A stretch of 64,000 nucleotides of DNA from Armatimonadota bacterium (GCA_034722055.1 JAYENL010000130.1:3772-67771), one strand, 5' to 3'. Positions 9,644 through 20,506 are shown, counted from the first letter of the stretch. The notes: a model not told the origin generated them from the letters alone. Translations and numbers: made by a program.

Positions 9644-11344
9644 TCACAGCCGGCCTGAGCGGATGATCGAGATCAGCAGCCACGCCCCGAGCACCACGCC
9701 CAGCACCACGTAGGCGATGGAGAGCAGCCGCCCCGGGCCCGCCGACACCAGCGGCGCCGTCTCGCTCGTGAAGATAATGGCCGAGGCGAGGATGATGGCA
9801 CCCACCACCAGCGCGAACGACAGGCGATTCACCATGGTGTCAAAGCGGCGCATCATCTTCTCCACGCCCGTGGGCCGGAACTTCACCGTCAGCCCGCCCG
9901 CCAGCCCCTGCGCCAGTACATTGCTTACCTGCCTGGGCAGTCGCATCGAGTATCGGCGCAGCATCCGCACCGCGTCCAGGATCTCCGACATCACGTGCCG
10001 GGGCGTCAACCAGTCGCGATAGACGATCCGCGCGGTGCTGTCAGCCGCTGCACCGAACTCGAAGTCCGGGTTGAGGCCGATGCACACCCCCTCCGTGACG
10101 CCCAGCGAGCGCGTGAGCTGCGGGAAGATCGCGGGCATCCGAATGCGATGCTCGAAGATGATGCCCATAATCTCCTCGAGCATGTTCCCCAGCTCGCCGG
10201 CCGCCGACAGCCGCTGACCGTAGTGGCTGATCAGCCCCTCCATGTCCGCCTCCAGGTCCTGGAGGTTCGTATCATCGCTGATGGTGCCGATGACGATGAG
10301 CTGGTCGAAGACGGCCTGGGCGTCCCGGTCGATGACCGCGATCAGCAGGCGGATGAAGGCGTCGCGCATCCGCTTGCCCATCTGCCCCACATTCCCGCAG
10401 TCCAGGAAGGCGATCTTGCCGTCCGAGGTGTAGCGCAGATTCCCCGGGTGCGGGTCGGCGTGAAAGTAGCCGTCGTAGAAGATCTGCCGCAGCATCAGCT
10501 CCGCGAAGTCGTCGGCCAGCGTCCGGAGATCGACGTCCGCCTCCTCGAGGGCATCCAGGTCATCCAGCCGGATGCCCTCGATCCACTCGAAGGTGATCAC
10601 CTGCCGGCGCGTGATCGACCAGTGCACGCGCGGCACCTTCGCCCGCTCGTCGTCGAGCAGGTTCTCCCGGAGAACCTCCGTGGAGCGGGCCTCGGTGAGG
10701 AAGTTCAGCTCGTCGCGGAGCGTATGCGCGAACTCCTCGGCGACGTCCGCGACGTTGTGCCGGCGGCACCACTCGCTGTAGCGCTCCGCCCGCCGCGCCC
10801 CTCGCACCAGGATGTCAAGGTCGGTCTCCACCTGAGTCTCGATTCCCGGCTTCTGCACCTTCACGGCCACCTGCTCGCCGCTGCGCGTTACCGCCCGATG
10901 CACCTGGCTCAGCGACGCCGAGGCCACCGGCTTGGGATCAAACTCCAGGAACAGCTCGTCCAGCGGCTGCCCCAGCTCCTCCTCCACCACCCGCCGGATC
11001 TGGTCGAAGCTGACCGGCGGCACCTCCTCCTGCAGCTTGCGCAGCTCGCGGGCGTAGGACAGGGGCAGGATGTCAGTGCGCGCGCTCAGCGCCTGGCCCA
11101 GCTTGATGGCGGTGGCGCCGATCTCCTCGAGCATCATGCGCAGGCGCACCGCCGGGTCCAGGGCGGCCTTCTCAACCTCATCGGGACGCTTCCATCGCGC
11201 CGGCAGCAGGCGATCCAGGCCCGCCATCTGCATGAAGGAGCCGAAGCCGAAGCGGACCAGCACGCTGCCGACCTGCCGGGCGCGCCGCATCCAGTTGCCC
11301 GCGCGGCGGTGGATGCTCAGAAAGCCCAGGTCAGATGACGACAT
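9644..11344 (-). CDS. ABC1/UbiB (AarF) family atypical kinase
   Basis: [31 protein letters not shown], two C-terminal TM helices. Confidence 0.9.
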   Translation of the reverse strand: MSSSDLGFLSIHRRAGNWMRRARQVGSVLVRFGFGSFMQMAGLDRLLPARWKRPDEVEKAALDPAVRLRMMLEEIGATAIKLGQALSARTDILPLSYARELRKLQEEVPPVSFDQIRRVVEEELGQPLDELFLEFDPKPVASASLSQVHRAVTRSGEQVAVKVQKPGIETQVETDLDILVRGARRAERYSEWCRRHNVADVAEEFAHTLRDELNFLTEARSTEVLRENLLDDERAKVPRVHWSITRRQVITFEWIEGIRLDDLDALEEADVDLRTLADDFAELMLRQIFYDGYFHADPHPGNLRYTSDGKIAFLDCGNVGQMGKRMRDAFIRLLIAVIDRDAQAVFDQLIVIGTISDDTNLQDLEADMEGLISHYGQRLSAAGELGNMLEEIMGIIFEHRIRMPAIFPQLTRSLGVTEGVCIGLNPDFEFGAAADSTARIVYRDWLTPRHVMSEILDAVRMLRRYSMRLPRQVSNVLAQGLAGGLTVKFRPTGVEKMMRRFDTMVNRLSFALVVGAIILASAIIFTSETAPLVSAGPGRLLSIAYVVLGVVLGAWLLISIIRSGRL

Positions 11345-12353
11345 TGATGCTGCTCCCGCACTTCGGACAGGTCGCCTCGTCGGTCAGCGTGCTGGTGGTG
11401 CTGTAGCCGTGACGCCGCACCACGACCTCCCCGCACTGGGGGCAGACCGTCTCGCCCCCACCGTCAACCATCACGTTGCCTACGTAGACGTAGTTGAGCT
11501 TCTCCCGAGCGATCTCGGCCGCCCGGTGGATCCGCTCCATGGGCGTGGGGGGCGCGCTGAACTTGTAGGCCGGCCGGTACCGCGACAGATGCAGTGGCAG
11601 GTCCGGCGAGACGCCCGCCGCCCACTCCACCAGCTCCCGGACGTCCTCCTCGCTGTCGTTCTCGTCGGTGACCAGCAGGTTGGTGATCTCTACCGCGCAG
11701 CGGTCGATCGACAGCTCCACCGTCCGCCGCGCCTGCGCCCCCGAGCGGATGCCGCACAGCCTCCGGTAGAAGTCGTCGTCCATGGCCTTTATGTCAACGT
11801 TCATCGCGTCGATCAGCGGCAGAAGCTCCTCCAGCGGCTCCTGTTGGATCAGCCCGTTGGTCACCAGGACGTTCTTGAGCCCCTCCTGGTGGGCGAGCTG
11901 AGCGGTGTCGCGCACGTACTCGTACCATATGATGGGCTCGTTGTAGGTGTAGGCGATGCCGATGTTCCCGCGGCCTCGAGCGTCAAGGGCCGACTGCACC
12001 ACCTCCTTCGGCCGCAGCGTCTGAGTCGCTGGTTGGCCCTGCGAGATGGTGTAGTTCTGGCAGAACTGGCAGGTCAGGTTGCACCCGAACGTGCCCAGCG
12101 ACAGGATCATGGTGCCCGGGTGGAAGTGATACAGGGGCTTCTTCTCGATGGGGTCCATCGCCGCCGAGGTCACCTGCGCGTAGTTGATCGGCCGGAGCGT
12201 CCCCTCCATGTTCCTGCGCACCCGGCAGATTCCCACGCGGCCCTCGGCGATCCGGCAGTCGTGGGGGCAGAGCAGGCAGTGCACCCGCTCCTCCTCTACT
12301 TCCCACCAGTCGGCCTCCCTGGCGATTGCCTCGGTTGCCTGATCGTCCTCCAT
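11331..12353 (-). CDS. AmmeMemoRadiSam system radical SAM enzyme
   Basis: N-terminal [40 protein letters not shown]-terminal CxxC pairs. Confidence 0.9.
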   Translation of the reverse strand: MEDDQATEAIAREADWWEVEEERVHCLLCPHDCRIAEGRVGICRVRRNMEGTLRPINYAQVTSAAMDPIEKKPLYHFHPGTMILSLGTFGCNLTCQFCQNYTISQGQPATQTLRPKEVVQSALDARGRGNIGIAYTYNEPIIWYEYVRDTAQLAHQEGLKNVLVTNGLIQQEPLEELLPLIDAMNVDIKAMDDDFYRRLCGIRSGAQARRTVELSIDRCAVEITNLLVTDENDSEEDVRELVEWAAGVSPDLPLHLSRYRPAYKFSAPPTPMERIHRAAEIAREKLNYVYVGNVMVDGGGETVCPQCGEVVVRRHGYSTTSTLTDEATCPKCGSSINVVI

Positions 12354-12379
12354 CCCCGTCGCTCCTCCCGCTGCCTCAG

Positions 12380-13153
12380 TTACTGCTGGGCGTAGTCCAG
12401 CATCTCGGGCTCGCCCCGGACGTCCTCGACCACAGCCTGGACCCGCTCTATCTGCTCCGCCGAGCCCATGGCCGTGATCCAGGTCGCCCCCTCGGCGCCC
12501 ATGACGCCGCCGGCGGCGATCTGCATGGCCTCAGCGCCCGTCAGCAGCCTGATGGCCTCCAGCTCCGTGCACATCTGTGCCGGGATTACCCACAGGCTCG
12601 GCCCCTCCAGCAGCTCCCCGCCCTCGCTCAGCCTGGCCGAAGCCTCCAGCAGGTTCCCCACAACCTGCTTCTCCAGCCCGCACGGGGCGACGAAGTGCAC
12701 GTGCCTGCCGTGGCACAGCCCCAGATACTTGCCCACCGTCCCGCCGCTGGGAGCACCGATGAGCACGCCCACCACCCCACGCTCGTAGTCCAGCGCGTTG
12801 GCGGACTTGATGACCACGTCGCCGGCCTTCAGCTCATCAACGATGGTATCCGGATCGGCGCTCTCGTCGAGCCGGCCGTTCCGGAAGACCATCTCCGGCA
12901 GATTGGCGCTGAGCATGTCCCCCCGCTCGGGGTGGGCGCTGGGCAGCGTCCGGCCGGTGACGAAGCGGCAGCGGTCGATCTCCTCCCCCAGCAGCTCCTC
13001 CAGCACGTAACCGGAGGTCGTGCTGCGCGTCACCACCACGATGCCCCCCTCCATGGCCCTCCGCACGCAGGGCATGGCCGCCACGCCCTTCCCGATAAGC
13101 CGCTTGCCCTCCGCCACGGTCAGCGAGAACGTATGGTAGGCCTCCACCGCCAT
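12380..13153 (-). CDS. Conserved hypothetical protein
   Basis: Start MAVEAY after GGGAGG; SLTVAEGKRLIGKGV, KSANALD, GGTVG, GLEKQV, AAGGVMGAEG; GC-rich codon usage. Confidence 0.75.
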   Translation of the reverse strand: MAVEAYHTFSLTVAEGKRLIGKGVAAMPCVRRAMEGGIVVVTRSTTSGYVLEELLGEEIDRCRFVTGRTLPSAHPERGDMLSANLPEMVFRNGRLDESADPDTIVDELKAGDVVIKSANALDYERGVVGVLIGAPSGGTVGKYLGLCHGRHVHFVAPCGLEKQVVGNLLEASARLSEGGELLEGPSLWVIPAQMCTELEAIRLLTGAEAMQIAAGGVMGAEGATWITAMGSAEQIERVQAVVEDVRGEPEMLDYAQQ

Positions 13154-13247
13154 CGTCGCCCTCCCACTGTGCCATGGACATGGCCCCGCCACGGCCGTAC
13201 ACACACAATCAGCCGGCCCGCAGAGCCCGCTATCCGGGGTCTTCGGC

Positions 13248-13276
13248 AGTATATCAAGAATGCAGGGGGCTGACAA
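13248..13276 (-). promoter_or_regulatory. Putative sigma70-type promoter
   Basis: TTGTCA-17 nt-TATACT with an extended TG, about 95 nt upstream of the start at 13153. Confidence 0.6.
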
Positions 13277-13380
13277 GCGGCCAGAGGCCGGGGACGAATC
13301 CGCGGCATCGGCAGAACGCGCGGGCGAGGGCGGCCACAGGCGCCAGTGCGCCCTGGCAGGAACTGCCATCTCCATGTGGA

Positions 13381-13624
13381 AAGCCGGCGCCCTCGCCGGC
13401 TTGTGGCGCGCAGCGCCACTCGAGCGCGCCCTCAAGGGCCCGCCAAACGGCGCACGCACAGGAGTGTGCGTGCCACGGAACGGCAAATGCCCCCCACCTG
13501 TCCGGAAAGACGCGCCGGTCCGGACGACGACGATCGCGGGTCTCCTCGCCGGAAACAGCGATCGCAGGCTGGAAGCCTGCGCCACGGTAGGTCGGCCGCA
13601 CCCGGAAGCCTGCGCCACGGTAGG
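13381..13624. repeat. Cluster of REP-like palindromes plus a 21-bp direct repeat
   Basis: Hairpins AAGCCGGCG/CGCCGGCTT (13381-13402), GCACGCACA/TGTGCGTGC (13452-13473) and GCAGGCT/AGCCTGC (13564-13580); GGAAGCCTGCGCCACGGTAGG at 13571-13591 and 13604-13624. Confidence 0.65.
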
Positions 13625-13744
13625 CCGTCCATACCAGGATCGGCGCCAGCGAGACGCCGAGCCCTCGTCAGGCCGCCGCCTCCCCGTACATGCGCGCGGC
13701 GCGCCGGATCGGCGCGCCGCGCAGGTTCCAGCCGCTCCCTCCGG

Positions 13745-14527
13745 CTAGCTGTCGATGATGCACTGCAGGTGCGCGGCCGTGTCGTATACGAACTGCTCCG
13801 GGAATTGCGAGTAGCGCGCAAGCTCCGCCGTCAGCCACCCATCGTAGCCCACTCCGCGCAGAGCGTTGATCACCCGCGGGTAATCCACGCTGCCCGTCAG
13901 CAGCGCCACGAACTGCCTCGTATCCACATTGAAGTCCTTGATGTGCACCCGCACGATGCGCTCCGCCAGCACCTCAATCCAGTGTACCGGATAGCCGTAG
14001 AGCAGGATGTTGCCCACGTCGAAATACGCCCGCACGTTGGGGCTGTCGAACTGGTCGATGAAGTCTCGCATCTCCAGCGGGCTGAGCAGGAACTTGTTCC
14101 ACACGTTCTCCAGGGCCATGACGATGCCCAGGCCCTCGGCGGTGGGCAGCAGCTCCCGGATGCTCTTGGTGGCCAGGTCCATCGCCGCGTGATACTGGGT
14201 GTTCTCGTCCACCACCCCTGGAACCACCAGCACCACGTCGGTGCCGGCCGAATCGGCGACGCGCAGGGACTGCTCCACGCCCTTCACGCCCTCCACCCGC
14301 ACCGCCTCATCCGTGCTCGACAGCGGCAGCCGCCAGTGCGAGGTGGCCATGACGGATGCGATCTCTATGCCGGCCGCATCCGCCGCCGCCCGCGCCTCCT
14401 CCGCCTCCGCCTGACTCTCCACGCCGGTCAGCTCCAGCCCCTCCAGCCCCGCCTCGGCGGCCAGGGCGAACCTCTCGCTCAGGGACATCTCCGGCGGCAT
14501 GGAGCCCAGGGTCATCGCCTTCTTCAC
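13745..14527 (-). CDS. Sugar phosphate isomerase/epimerase (xylose isomerase-like TIM barrel)
   Basis: LVVPG, ALENVWNKFLLSPLE, YFDVGN, VHIKDF, GYDGWLTAE; GTG start after AGGAGG. Confidence 0.88.
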   Translation of the reverse strand: MKKAMTLGSMPPEMSLSERFALAAEAGLEGLELTGVESQAEAEEARAAADAAGIEIASVMATSHWRLPLSSTDEAVRVEGVKGVEQSLRVADSAGTDVVLVVPGVVDENTQYHAAMDLATKSIRELLPTAEGLGIVMALENVWNKFLLSPLEMRDFIDQFDSPNVRAYFDVGNILLYGYPVHWIEVLAERIVRVHIKDFNVDTRQFVALLTGSVDYPRVINALRGVGYDGWLTAELARYSQFPEQFVYDTAAHLQCIIDS

Positions 14528-14685
14528 AGCACAACCTCCTCGTGTCAATGACGGTATCATCTCGCCGGGGTGTCGGCCCCCCGCGCGGTCGCTGGCACCT
14601 TCCGAGGGCCAAGGACTTTTCCCTTCTCGCGCAGAATCTTTTTGCCGAGAGCGTCCCTATACGCCTTCAGGAGGGAGCGCCACTG

Positions 14686-15525
14686 ATGAAGCTGTGCGGC
14701 CATACCATGGGCATGCCGAACAGGGACATCTTCCAGTCCATCTCCCTGTGCGCCGAGATCGGCTACGACGGGATTGAGGTCCGCTGCGCCGAGAACGGGC
14801 AGATGCACCTGGAGGAGCTGAGCCCCGACGAGGTGCAGCGCATCGGGGAGCACGCCGAGGAGCAGGGCGTGGAGATCGCCTGCCTCACGCCCTACTACCG
14901 TGACTTCATGACTGAGGAGACCACCGCCGCCACCCTCGACGGCTATCGGCTGGCCTGCGGCATCGCCCGGGAGCTGGACTGCCCGCTCGTCCGCGCCATC
15001 TCCGGCACCTGGCCCGACGAGAACTTCAGCCGCGAGGAGGTCTTTGCCAGGACCGTCTCGGGCATGAAGGAGGCGGCGCTGATCGCCGATCACAACGGCG
15101 TCCGGCTGGCGGTGGAGACGCATCGGGGGCAGCTCGCCTGGAGCGCCACGGAGGCGCTGGAGTTCGTGGAGGCCGTCGATCACCCGGCGGTGGGGGTCCT
15201 CTACGACGCCTACTGGGTGCAGGTGCGCGGTGAGGAGGACCTGGGGCAGCAGATCAGCATGCTCTCGCCATGGATCATCCACGTGCACGCCAAGAACGTG
15301 CGCTACGACGACGAGGGCAGGGCCCACGCGACCCTCCTGGATGAGGGCGAGATGGACTGGTGCCAGATCATCACGCTGCTTGACGCCATCGGCTATGAGG
15401 GCTACATCTCCGACGAGTACGAGAAGTTCTGGCGCCCGGCCGAGTTCCCGGAGCCGGAGGTGGGGATGAAGCGCAACTGCGAGGTCCTCCGGGAGTGCCT
15501 CATCGAGCTCGGAGCGCTGGAGTAG
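14686..15525 (+). CDS. Sugar phosphate isomerase/epimerase family protein
   Basis: GYDGIEV, LAVETH, VLYD, HVHAKN, GYEGYISDEYEK; AGGAGG upstream. Confidence 0.85.
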   Translation: MKLCGHTMGMPNRDIFQSISLCAEIGYDGIEVRCAENGQMHLEELSPDEVQRIGEHAEEQGVEIACLTPYYRDFMTEETTAATLDGYRLACGIARELDCPLVRAISGTWPDENFSREEVFARTVSGMKEAALIADHNGVRLAVETHRGQLAWSATEALEFVEAVDHPAVGVLYDAYWVQVRGEEDLGQQISMLSPWIIHVHAKNVRYDDEGRAHATLLDEGEMDWCQIITLLDAIGYEGYISDEYEKFWRPAEFPEPEVGMKRNCEVLRECLIELGALE

Positions 15526-15569
15526 GCGGTACGCTACCCTTGTCTGCGGGTGGAGGCCCCCTCAGCCGC

Positions 15570-16697
15570 TCAGCCGCCCTGAGGACGGCTTGGCGACCTG
15601 TCGGCCTGCAGACTCTGCTGCAGGTCCTGGGGGATATCCCCGCCGACCTGGGGGTTCCATCGCGTGGTCTTGAAGATGTCGTTCCACAGGGCTGTGAAGT
15701 TCGGGCGCCCCTCACCCACCATCCGCAGCGTCTTCCGGTTCGTGTTGCCGCGGAAGACCATCACGTGCTCCCCGTTGGGCGCCGTCATCACCATCTGAAC
15801 CGTGAGGGCCTCAACGGCCTCATCCGCCCGGACGGTAGCGAGGGCTATACGGTAGGCCTGGCGTACAACTCGCTCCACCAGATGCCCTCTCGGCAGCGAT
15901 TGGGGGACGGTGGCGCGGACGACGGCGTAGCCCGTGTAGGGATCAACCATGGCGGTGACCTTCCCGGTCATGGGGCGATCGTCGCCCCATGTCAGGGAGC
16001 TGACGGCGTCGATGACCGCGCGATCGTGGTCGGTCACCGGCTCGGAGATCTCCTCCTGCCGGGTGCGGGAGATGGGCCTGCGCGGAGCCCGGCGCGGCGC
16101 CTGCCGGGCAGCCCAGTGCTGCTGCGGGTTCTCGCGGGCCGTGGGGATCTCCACCCCCCCCCGCTGCGGCGCCGGCGCGGACCGAGTGCCGCGCACGGTG
16201 CTGGGCGCGGTGAGGCCCGGGGAGCGCTGCGGCCGGCCGGTCTCGGCGGTCGTCGCGCGCGGCGTCGGCGGCGGCTCGACCTCCACGCGGCCCGCCGTCA
16301 GGCCGACGATTACCAGGATCACGACCACCACCATCGCCGCCGCACCGATCGCCAGCCAGATCAGCCGCCGGCGGCCGGCCTCGGCCTCCTCCACCAGCTC
16401 CGGCTCCGGGCCGGTGCGGGCCTCGCGGGCCTGCTCCTCAGCATCCTCGAGCTTGGCGCGAAGCTCCGGGGTGTCCGCAAGCTGGATGGCCAGGTCGTAC
16501 CACTCCGCGGCGTCCTCCCACAGCTCCCGCCGGTACATGATGTCGCCCATCTTCTCGTGGGCGGCGGCGCTGGTGGGATGGCGCTGCAGCAGCTCCTTGC
16601 ACGCCCGCTGGGCGGGGCGGAGATTCCCGTCGTGGATCAGATGGTCGATGCCCCGCAGGTCCGCCTGAATCTCGCTCCCCCCGGTGGACTCGCTCAT
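15570..16697 (-). CDS. Single-pass membrane protein with an N-terminal TPR-like region
   Basis: AAAHEKMGDIMYRRELWEDAAEWYDLA (TPR-like), one TM, Pro/Arg-rich linker, globular C-terminus. Confidence 0.65.
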   Translation of the reverse strand: MSESTGGSEIQADLRGIDHLIHDGNLRPAQRACKELLQRHPTSAAAHEKMGDIMYRRELWEDAAEWYDLAIQLADTPELRAKLEDAEEQAREARTGPEPELVEEAEAGRRRLIWLAIGAAAMVVVVILVIVGLTAGRVEVEPPPTPRATTAETGRPQRSPGLTAPSTVRGTRSAPAPQRGGVEIPTARENPQQHWAARQAPRRAPRRPISRTRQEEISEPVTDHDRAVIDAVSSLTWGDDRPMTGKVTAMVDPYTGYAVVRATVPQSLPRGHLVERVVRQAYRIALATVRADEAVEALTVQMVMTAPNGEHVMVFRGNTNRKTLRMVGEGRPNFTALWNDIFKTTRWNPQVGGDIPQDLQQSLQADRSPSRPQGG

Positions 16698-16710
16698 TTC
16701 TGCTCCTATC

Positions 16711-17226
16711 TCAGCTCCGTAACTGCTCCGGTGGCTCCGGCCGCTTGACCATGCGCACCCGCTCAACCTCGTAGCCCATCTTGCGGTAGAAGGCCACGGC
16801 TCGCTCGTTGACCACGCTGGCGTCGAGCATGATCTTCTCGACGCCCTGGTCGAACAGCCACTGCTCAACGACCCGCATCAGCCGCTGAGCCGCTCCCGTG
16901 CCGCGAAGGTGCGGCGCCACGTATACGTTCTTAATATACCCCACTCGCGGGTCCACCAACGTTGACATCAGCGAACCCCAGATGAATCCGCAAAGCTGCC
17001 GGTCCTGTTCCATCACGAACATGATCTCGTTGGGGTCCCGCGCCGCCCGCCTCAGGTCCCGGCTGTAGTCCTCCCGGAAGGCCCCATCCACCTGGAAGCC
17101 GGGGAAGTTCCCCTCGTAGATCTCGTACTGGAACTCCAGCACGGCGTCCAGATCGCGCCGCAGGTTGAGGCGCCGCAGCTTCGGCTCGCCACGGGGCGCG
17201 TTGCGCTCGGCCCGTATCGCAGCCAT
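16711..17226 (-). CDS. GNAT family N-acetyltransferase
   Basis: YVAPHLRGTGAAQRLM, NERAVAFYRKMGY. Confidence 0.85.
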   Translation of the reverse strand: MAAIRAERNAPRGEPKLRRLNLRRDLDAVLEFQYEIYEGNFPGFQVDGAFREDYSRDLRRAARDPNEIMFVMEQDRQLCGFIWGSLMSTLVDPRVGYIKNVYVAPHLRGTGAAQRLMRVVEQWLFDQGVEKIMLDASVVNERAVAFYRKMGYEVERVRMVKRPEPPEQLRS

Positions 17227-17227
17227 C

Positions 17228-17542
17228 TCAGCCGCCCTGGTCGATGATCTCCACGTGCTCCTGCACGATCCGGCGGGGGCAGAGCTTGATGAACGACCAC
17301 AGCGCGCCGATGGCCACCGCCGAGTCATCCACCCACCCCAGCGGGATGAGCAGGTCCGGCATCAGATCCGACGGCAGGGCCACGTAGGCCAGGCCCAGCA
17401 CCAGCACCGCCTTCGGCAGCCAGCTCACCCGCTTGTCCTGGAACAGCCGCACGTAGAGCTTGGCGAAGTTGGGCAGGTGCACCAGCATGCGCAGGGTGTT
17501 CATCTGCCCGGGATTGAAGCCAATTCCCGATGGCTCTCGCAT
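17228..17542 (-). CDS. YkvA/DUF1232 family membrane protein
   Basis: YVALPSDLMPDLLIPLGWVDD motif. Confidence 0.8.
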   Translation of the reverse strand: MREPSGIGFNPGQMNTLRMLVHLPNFAKLYVRLFQDKRVSWLPKAVLVLGLAYVALPSDLMPDLLIPLGWVDDSAVAIGALWSFIKLCPRRIVQEHVEIIDQGG

Positions 17543-17614
17543 CTCTCTCTCCTTCGGCGTGCGCCGGGCCACTCTCCCCTTGTACAGTCGCTCTCGGACC
17601 GGGGATTGTTCCCG

Positions 17615-18664
17615 CTATCCGCCACGCAGCTCGTCCAGGACCTGCTCGGTCACGTCCTGGTCGATGCTGGCCGCGAACCCCTCCCTCGTGGCCTTCTCGG
17701 CCACCTCCTGCACGAAGGCCGGGTCCACATCCGCCTTATCGAGGCCCAGCGCCACCATGATGGCGTCGGCGTTGGCCTCGCCCACCGCCTGATCCAGCGC
17801 CACCATGATCTCCAGGATCGTCGCATAAAGCTGCGCGTCCATCTCCGCCTCCATGGGCTGGTCCACGGCCGGGTCCGGCACCACGCCGCGTCGCACCGCC
17901 GCGATCAGCACCGGCACCAGCTCCCACCTCCCGGCCTCCACCAGCTCGCCGCCCAGCCGCCCCACGTTGGGCCAGTTGGGCAGCGCTGAGACCGCATGCA
18001 GGCGCGTGAAGGGTGGCTCCTCCGCCGTCAGGTCCATCCGCCAGGCGACGCGACCGGGGCCGACCAGCTCCCCGGTGCTCTCCACGACCTCCCCGGGGAG
18101 CTGCACCGAGAAGCGCAGGCCGGCGTCACCACTGGACATCATCATGGTCATCATCTGGCCGAAGGCCTCCTGCATCTGCTCGTTGATCTCCATCTGCATC
18201 TCGTCCTCGGCCTGCTCGTCCTCCTCCTCGGTCTCGCCCTCGGCCTGCTCGCCCTCGGCCTCACCTGCAGCCGGGGGGCCGCTGCTGAAGGCGGCCTCCA
18301 GCTTCTCCTCCGGGAACTGCATGGCGAACTCGTAGCGGGTGGTCAGCAGATGAGTGGTGCTTGAGAACTCGGGCGCTACCTCGGCGTCCTCGGTGAAGAG
18401 GCTCTCGCCGGGGCCGGCATGGCCGACCATGGCCTTCACGTGCCACTGGCCGCGATCGTACTCCTCCTCCTGCCACTTCCCCTCCGCCAGCTCACTGCCC
18501 AGATCAGTAGTGAAGTCGCCCTCGCCCCGCTCCGCCATGGACTTGAGCACGCCGGCCTCCAGGCGCGCGTCCACACTGCCGTCGGGAGCCATCGCGAACT
18601 GACCGTCGATGAACATGCAGCCACCCAGCAGCGCCAGCGCCGTGAGGGCCGCCGCTGCGACCAT
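17615..18664 (-). CDS. Putative lipoprotein (LppM-like N-terminal half)
   Basis: Lipobox LALLGGC; FSVQLPGEVVESTG...WR pattern; acidic linker. Confidence 0.6.
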   Translation of the reverse strand: MVAAAALTALALLGGCMFIDGQFAMAPDGSVDARLEAGVLKSMAERGEGDFTTDLGSELAEGKWQEEEYDRGQWHVKAMVGHAGPGESLFTEDAEVAPEFSSTTHLLTTRYEFAMQFPEEKLEAAFSSGPPAAGEAEGEQAEGETEEEDEQAEDEMQMEINEQMQEAFGQMMTMMMSSGDAGLRFSVQLPGEVVESTGELVGPGRVAWRMDLTAEEPPFTRLHAVSALPNWPNVGRLGGELVEAGRWELVPVLIAAVRRGVVPDPAVDQPMEAEMDAQLYATILEIMVALDQAVGEANADAIMVALGLDKADVDPAFVQEVAEKATREGFAASIDQDVTEQVLDELRGG

Positions 18665-18668
18665 GATC

Positions 18669-19739
18669 CTACTCGTAGACGCCATACTCGTCCACCGCCT
18701 CGAAGAGCGCCTCGATGTTCTCCCAGGGTACATCCGGCTCCAGCACGTGCGTGGGTGCCACCAGCAGGCCCCCACCGGCTCCCACAGTGTCGATCGTCCA
18801 CTTCACGGCCTCCCCAACCTCTTCGGGAGTGCCGAAGGGCATCGTCGTCTGCGTTCCGATGCAGCCCCAGAACGCCAGCCGGTCCCCGTACCGGCGCTTC
18901 AGGGCCGCCGGGTCCATACACTCCGGCTGCACCGGGTTGAGGATGTCGAAGCCGATCTCGATGAGGTCCTCAATGACCTCCCGCACGTCCCCGTCACTAT
19001 GATACCATGCCAGGATGTCCGGGTTGACGTCCTTCGCGGCTCGGATGACCCTCCGCCAGCGAGGCTTGAGCCACTCCCGCCACATCTCCGGGCTCATCAT
19101 CAGCCGGTCCTGCATGCCGATGTCATCGCCGCAGTGGATCATGTCCGCGCCGGCTTGGGCGTAGCGGCGCGCCATGAAGGCGCGATCCTCGGTGATCCTA
19201 TCGAATATGTACCCCGCGAACGCCCGGTTCAACACCATGTCCTGCATCAGCTTCTCCATGCGGGTGAGCGCCCAGGCGTTCTCCCAGATGTGGCCCACGC
19301 CCCCGGAGACGAACCACTCGTCCTGGTGCAGGGCCGCCACGGTTTCCTCCAGGTGGGCGTGCCGGCGCTCGGGCGTGTAGTCCGGCCAGGGATACTCCTC
19401 CAGCTCCTCCACCGTCTCAGCGCGCTCCAGGGGATAGATGCGGGAGGTGAAGTGATAGAAGTCGCTGGGCACGCGCCCGGAGCCGTACTCGTTGATGCTG
19501 GTGCCCTCCGGGATCCCGTCGGGGTAGTAGAGCGAGAAGTCCTGCGGCTCCTGGGGGCCTCTGAAGCCCACTCCGCGGCGCTCGAAGCCGAAGTACTCTG
19601 CGGCGTTGGTAGCCCCGGTGTTCTCCTCGAAGGCCGCCTGGATGGCCGGCGTGAAGCCGGCCTCCTTGGGCACCCGGTCCGGCACCTCCCGCCGCATGGT
19701 GGTGATCACCCGCTGGCGCGGCGACATCTCTGTGCGCAC
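18669..19739 (-). CDS. Uroporphyrinogen decarboxylase (URO-D)-fold protein
   Basis: PDRVP, GDDIGMQ, YHSDG, ILNPVQPECMDP, FWGCIGTQ, PFGTPEEV, PTHVLEPDVPWEN. Confidence 0.88.
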   Translation of the reverse strand: MRTEMSPRQRVITTMRREVPDRVPKEAGFTPAIQAAFEENTGATNAAEYFGFERRGVGFRGPQEPQDFSLYYPDGIPEGTSINEYGSGRVPSDFYHFTSRIYPLERAETVEELEEYPWPDYTPERRHAHLEETVAALHQDEWFVSGGVGHIWENAWALTRMEKLMQDMVLNRAFAGYIFDRITEDRAFMARRYAQAGADMIHCGDDIGMQDRLMMSPEMWREWLKPRWRRVIRAAKDVNPDILAWYHSDGDVREVIEDLIEIGFDILNPVQPECMDPAALKRRYGDRLAFWGCIGTQTTMPFGTPEEVGEAVKWTIDTVGAGGGLLVAPTHVLEPDVPWENIEALFEAVDEYGVYE

Positions 19740-19750
19740 GGGCACCTCCC

Positions 19751-20506
19751 TCAGCCGCGCATGCGGCCGAAGATGAAGAAGATGGTGGCGACGATGCTCA
19801 CTGCCAGCATGATCAGACTGACCATCGGCGGAATCCACTCCGCCAGCAGCCCGATGACCACTGCGGGGACCAGAAAGACCACGATCAGCCACTTCCACAG
19901 CCGCATCATCTCCGGCGTGGTCAGCGTCTCGATGATCTCCACGGAGCCCTTCAGGTACATTCCGCACTCCGTGCAGCGCACCGCGTCCTGGGGGCTGTAG
20001 GCGCCACAGACAGGACACCGCTGCATGTGCATGTCCCGCCGGCGCCTGGCATCCAGGCAACGCTCCAGCCGCCGCTGGATGTCGGCGCTCCCGGAATGTA
20101 TCTCCACGTAGGCCTGGTAGTGCTCGATGGCCCGGTCCAGGTCCCCACGCTGCTCGTAGATCTCGCCCAGCTTCCGATGGGGGAAGGGCACATCCGGCTG
20201 CCGCTCAAGGGCCTCGTAGTACCTGGCGATGTCCTGGGCCTCCAGCCGGCGCGTGCCGACCTCCTGCGTCGCCAGCGGCATGACGGTGATGAGCAGGCAC
20301 ACCACCATGAGCAGCAGGAAGAGCCCTATCGCCACCGGCCCGCCCATCAGTGTGCCGCCCAACAGCGCCAGCATCAGCGACAGTATCAGCACGAACTCCC
20401 AGCCGCTGATCACCTTATCGGTGATCCACATCCCGAAGAGGCGGAAGATGGCCCAGCCAAACAGAGCAATGCACCCGAGGATCAGAAGCGCGAGTATGGC
20501 GCCCAC
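19751..20506 (-). CDS. Membrane protein with TPR and a double zinc ribbon
   Basis: Three N-terminal TMs, TPR (HRKLGEIYEQRGDLDRAIEHYQ), CPVCG...CTECG, two C-terminal TMs. Confidence 0.75.
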   Translation of the reverse strand: MGAILALLILGCIALFGWAIFRLFGMWITDKVISGWEFVLILSLMLALLGGTLMGGPVAIGLFLLLMVVCLLITVMPLATQEVGTRRLEAQDIARYYEALERQPDVPFPHRKLGEIYEQRGDLDRAIEHYQAYVEIHSGSADIQRRLERCLDARRRRDMHMQRCPVCGAYSPQDAVRCTECGMYLKGSVEIIETLTTPEMMRLWKWLIVVFLVPAVVIGLLAEWIPPMVSLIMLAVSIVATIFFIFGRMRG

